Assembly: GCA_004298915.1 (NCBI GenBank)
Contig: SCTE01000249.1
Coordinates: 1 to 35,225, forward strand
DNA from: Chloroflexota bacterium
GTDB taxonomy: Bacteria > Chloroflexota > Limnocylindria > Limnocylindrales > CSP1-4
Direction: 5' to 3'
DNA length: 35,225 bases
Under the pieces are notes generated by a model. It was given only the letters and a program-made list of their open reading frames with translations, searched no databases and had not been told where the DNA came from. Every line of letters begins with the position of its first letter. Within the stretch, counting starts at the first letter, position 1. Position numbers and translations under genes: made by a program. Below are positions 32,678 through 35,225 of the stretch, in pieces.

Positions 32678-35225
32678 GTGGAACGAGTTCGTGGTGTGCT
32701 GGCCGCTGCCGTCGGCGTGGCCCTGCTGGCAACAACGGTGACCCTGGGCCTGGCGACCCCGATGTTCCAGGCCGCCGGGACGGCCGCCGTCGTCGCGTGG
32801 CCGCCGTCGACCCTGGTCATGTCCGAAGTCCAGACCGGTGGTGCATCGGCGTCGGATGAGTTCGCCGAGATCGCCAACGTCGGGCCGATCGGCGTCGACC
32901 TCAACGGGCTCGAACTCGTCTATGTGACCTCGACGGGTGGCACGGTCACGCGGAAGGCAAGCTGGTCGGCGCCGCTGATCCTCGGGCCGGGACGGCACCT
33001 GCTCATCGCGAATTCGTCGGGCGTCTTCGGATCGGTCGCGGATTCGGTCTACTCGGGCGGATTCGCCGCCACTGGCGGCGCCGTCGTGCTGCGGGCCATC
33101 GGCGGCGCGCCGATCGACGCCGTCGGATGGGGCGATGCCTCGAACAGCTTCGTGGAGGGTTTCCCGGTTCCTGCGCCTGCCGCAGGTCAGTCCGTGGAGC
33201 GCCGTCCCGGTGGCATCGGCGGGAACGGGATCGACACCAACGACAACGCCGCGGACTGGATGGTCCAGTCCGTGCCGAACCCGCAGAACCTCGCGGCTCC
33301 CCCAGTGCCCGTTCCGGCCTCATCGCCAACGCCGGGAGCGTCGCCGGGGCCCACGGCTAGCACGACGCCGTCGGCGACTCCAGGCCAGAGCCCGGTCCCA
33401 ACTCCGGACGTGACGCCCGAGCCGACACCGACGGGCACACCGGACCCGACGGCCGACCCGGGACCGTCCGCCTCGCCATCCGCATCGGCTGACGTGACGC
33501 CGGGCCCATCGTCGCCGCCGACGCCAACACCCGGTGCGACGGACAACCCGTCGCCAATCCCAACCTCCTCGCCAACGCCAACGCCAACGTCAGCGCCGAC
33601 ACCGACAGCGACGGCGACACCCGGACCGACATCCGCACCCACACCCGCACCGACGGCGGAGCCAACGGCCACCCCGTCGCCGACCCCGACCCCGAGCGCC
33701 TCCCCGTCCGCGACCCCGACGTCGACGGCGGCGCCCATCGCCATCAGCGCAGCACGGCAGCTCCCGATCGGGAGCAGCGCGATCATCGAAGGGACGCTGA
33801 CGACCGACCTCGGCGCGCTCGAGTCGGGGCGAGCCGGGTTCGTCCAGGACGCGACCGGAGGCATCGCGATCTATCTCGACGCGGCACCTGCCGCCCCAAT
33901 CCCCGCCGCGACCGTCGTCAGGCTCGTGGGGACCATCGATGAGCGCTATGCCGCTCGAACCCTTCGCGTCACGGTGGCGACCGTCGAGGTGATCGGCGCA
34001 GCGGCGCTGCCCGATGCGGCGGCGGGATCGACGGGCGCGATCGGGGAGGCGGTGGAGGGACTCCGGGTCTCGATCACCGGCACGACCGTCGGTTCGGCAA
34101 CGACCTACGCCGACGGCCTCGGCTACCTCGTCGATGACGGCTCGGGCCAGGTCCGGGTGATCGCCAGCTCGATCGCGCTCGGCACCGCGACGGTGGCGTC
34201 CGGGACCACGGTGAACGTGATCGGGCCCGTCGGCCAGCGCGACAGCACCGGAACAGGGACCGGCGGCTATCGGATCCATGCAACGCTGGAAGGTGAGTTC
34301 GTTGTCGTGCCGCCGCCGGCGCCGACTCCCGGCCCGACCTCGCCACCGAGCCCCTCACCGTCCTCGACGCCGACGCCGACGCCCTTGCCGACCCCGGCAG
34401 GGACTCCCGTTCCGAGCAGCAGTGCACCCACGACCACGCCCGACCCAACGCCTGCCCCGACCCCGGTCTCGACGCCCGGCGCGAGCCCGTCGGCGTCGCC
34501 GACACCAGGGGCGACACCGGACGTCCTGTCCATTGCCGAAGCGCGCCGTCGGCCGATCGGGTCGGTCGTGACGGTCAGTGGCGTCGTGACGGCCGAAGCG
34601 GGTCGCATCGGCATTCCATCGGTCATCGTCGTTGCGGATGGATCTGGTGGCGTCGCGGTCCGGCTGCCGGCCGGGACAGGTTCGCCATCGCGAGGCCGGC
34701 AGGTCCTCGTGACCGGCGTCACGGCCGCGCCCTACGGGCAACTCGAGATCCGCCCGTCGAGCGGCCACGTCGCCGACCTTGGGAGCGGAACGCTTCCGAG
34801 CCCCATCGTAACGTCGGGTGCCGGCCTCGGCGAGGCGACGGAAGCGCGACTGGTCGTCCTCGTCGGGACGCAGAAGGGCGTGGCCCGCAAGAGCGTGACC
34901 GGCGACCTCACGGTCGACGTCGTCGACGGCAGCGGTGCCAAGGTCCGGATCATGGTCGATGCCTCGAGCGGGATCACGACCGCCGATCTGCGAGCGACCA
35001 TCCGGTACCGACTGACCGGGATCGTGGGCCAGCGCGCAACGCGGACCGGCGCGCTCGATGGCTATCGCATCTGGCTCCGCGATCGTGCCGATATCGCCCT
35101 CGAGCCTATGACCGGAGGCCAGTCACCGGGCCCCGACCCGTCGGACGGACCCGCGGCGACCCAGGAAGCCGGCCCGATCCTGACCATCGCAGTGGCTCGA
35201 GGGCTCGTCGATGCCCCGGCGAGCG
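32678..35225 (+). CDS. secreted lamin-tail-domain (LTD) protein with repeated OB-like modules separated by Pro/Thr linkers (3' end outside window)
   Basis: GGAGG-N7-GTG opens the signal peptide VERVRGVLAAAVGVALLATTVTLGLATPMFQA. The LTD follows (VMSEVQTGGASASDEFAEIANVG...GRHLLIANS...VVLRAIGG.PIDAVGWG...TNDNAADW). PT linkers (about 33295-33735 and 34307-34522) then alternate with modules starting I(S/A)xAR(Q/R)xPIGS. The frame is open to the window end, and the ORF is not in the track because it has no stop. Confidence 0.8.
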   Translation, partial: MERVRGVLAAAVGVALLATTVTLGLATPMFQAAGTAAVVAWPPSTLVMSEVQTGGASASDEFAEIANVGPIGVDLNGLELVYVTSTGGTVTRKASWSAPLILGPGRHLLIANSSGVFGSVADSVYSGGFAATGGAVVLRAIGGAPIDAVGWGDASNSFVEGFPVPAPAAGQSVERRPGGIGGNGIDTNDNAADWMVQSVPNPQNLAAPPVPVPASSPTPGASPGPTASTTPSATPGQSPVPTPDVTPEPTPTGTPDPTADPGPSASPSASADVTPGPSSPPTPTPGATDNPSPIPTSSPTPTPTSAPTPTATATPGPTSAPTPAPTAEPTATPSPTPTPSASPSATPTSTAAPIAISAARQLPIGSSAIIEGTLTTDLGALESGRAGFVQDATGGIAIYLDAAPAAPIPAATVVRLVGTIDERYAARTLRVTVATVEVIGAAALPDAAAGSTGAIGEAVEGLRVSITGTTVGSATTYADGLGYLVDDGSGQVRVIASSIALGTATVASGTTVNVIGPVGQRDSTGTGTGGYRIHATLEGEFVVVPPPAPTPGPTSPPSPSPSSTPTPTPLPTPAGTPVPSSSAPTTTPDPTPAPTPVSTPGASPSASPTPGATPDVLSIAEARRRPIGSVVTVSGVVTAEAGRIGIPSVIVVADGSGGVAVRLPAGTGSPSRGRQVLVTGVTAAPYGQLEIRPSSGHVADLGSGTLPSPIVTSGAGLGEATEARLVVLVGTQKGVARKSVTGDLTVDVVDGSGAKVRIMVDASSGITTADLRATIRYRLTGIVGQRATRTGALDGYRIWLRDRADIALEPMTGGQSPGPDPSDGPAATQEAGPILTIAVARGLVDAPAS

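Noticed and set aside
32338-32904. Upstream extension of the 31630-32904 minus-strand ORF
   Set aside because: The extension is Arg/Ala/Pro-rich with no TM or domain features. GAGGAG-N5-GTG at 32337 gives a plausible start for the membrane protein.
33187-34768. Minus-strand ORFs (225, 229, 151 and 147 aa) opposite the LTD protein gene
   Set aside because: They mirror the Pro/Thr linker codons as Gly/Val/Arg-rich strings. The plus-strand frame has a signal peptide, an LTD and repeated folded modules.

Overview
High-GC (roughly 70%) bacterial chromosomal window with actinobacterial-type signals: TCGAAC-N4-GTTCGA LexA boxes, frequent GTG/TTG starts, near-leaderless promoters, Pro/Thr-rich linkers and CCA-encoding tRNAs.

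Gene order:
- 1-195: 3' end of an M23 peptidase.
- 293-3234 (+): obg-nadD-rsfS plus a small Zn-ribbon ORF.
- 3352-8009 (-): convergent comEA-comEC-holA operon.
- 8114-9711: a CGNR zinc-finger regulator gene facing a small minus-strand set (42-aa TM peptide, 72-aa protein, three-blade Trp-rich propeller-like protein). A duplicated 30-bp operator-like element lies between them.
- 9751-17217 (-): PadR plus a coupled membrane protein, F420/LLM oxidoreductase, a 121-aa orphan ORF next to a 40-codon LLM gene relic, VOC/glyoxalase, a 516-bp non-coding spacer, GNAT, leuS and tRNA-Ala(GGC).
- 17311-20417 (-): two translationally coupled, membrane-anchored, 8-Cys paralogs from a family I do not recognise.
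- 20515-22861: YgjP/M48-like peptidase, tRNA-Tyr, a phosphoesterase-family gene and tRNA-Ala(CGC).
- 22979-31629: an SOS mutasome cassette. imuA'-imuB and a coupled 82-aa ORF are separated from dnaE2 by an opposite-strand lipoprotein and three small TM-peptide ORFs. Each half has a near-identical LexA-box promoter. dnaE2 is about 1584 aa and carries a roughly 340-aa low-complexity insertion that includes a 4 x 36-bp tandem repeat.
- 31630-35225: a membrane protein, a C-rich (G4/i-motif-capable) repeat tract, and the 5' part of a secreted lamin-tail-domain modular protein.

No CRISPR array, transposase or integrase is visible. Many long antisense or alternate-frame ORFs in the track are high-GC shadow ORFs.
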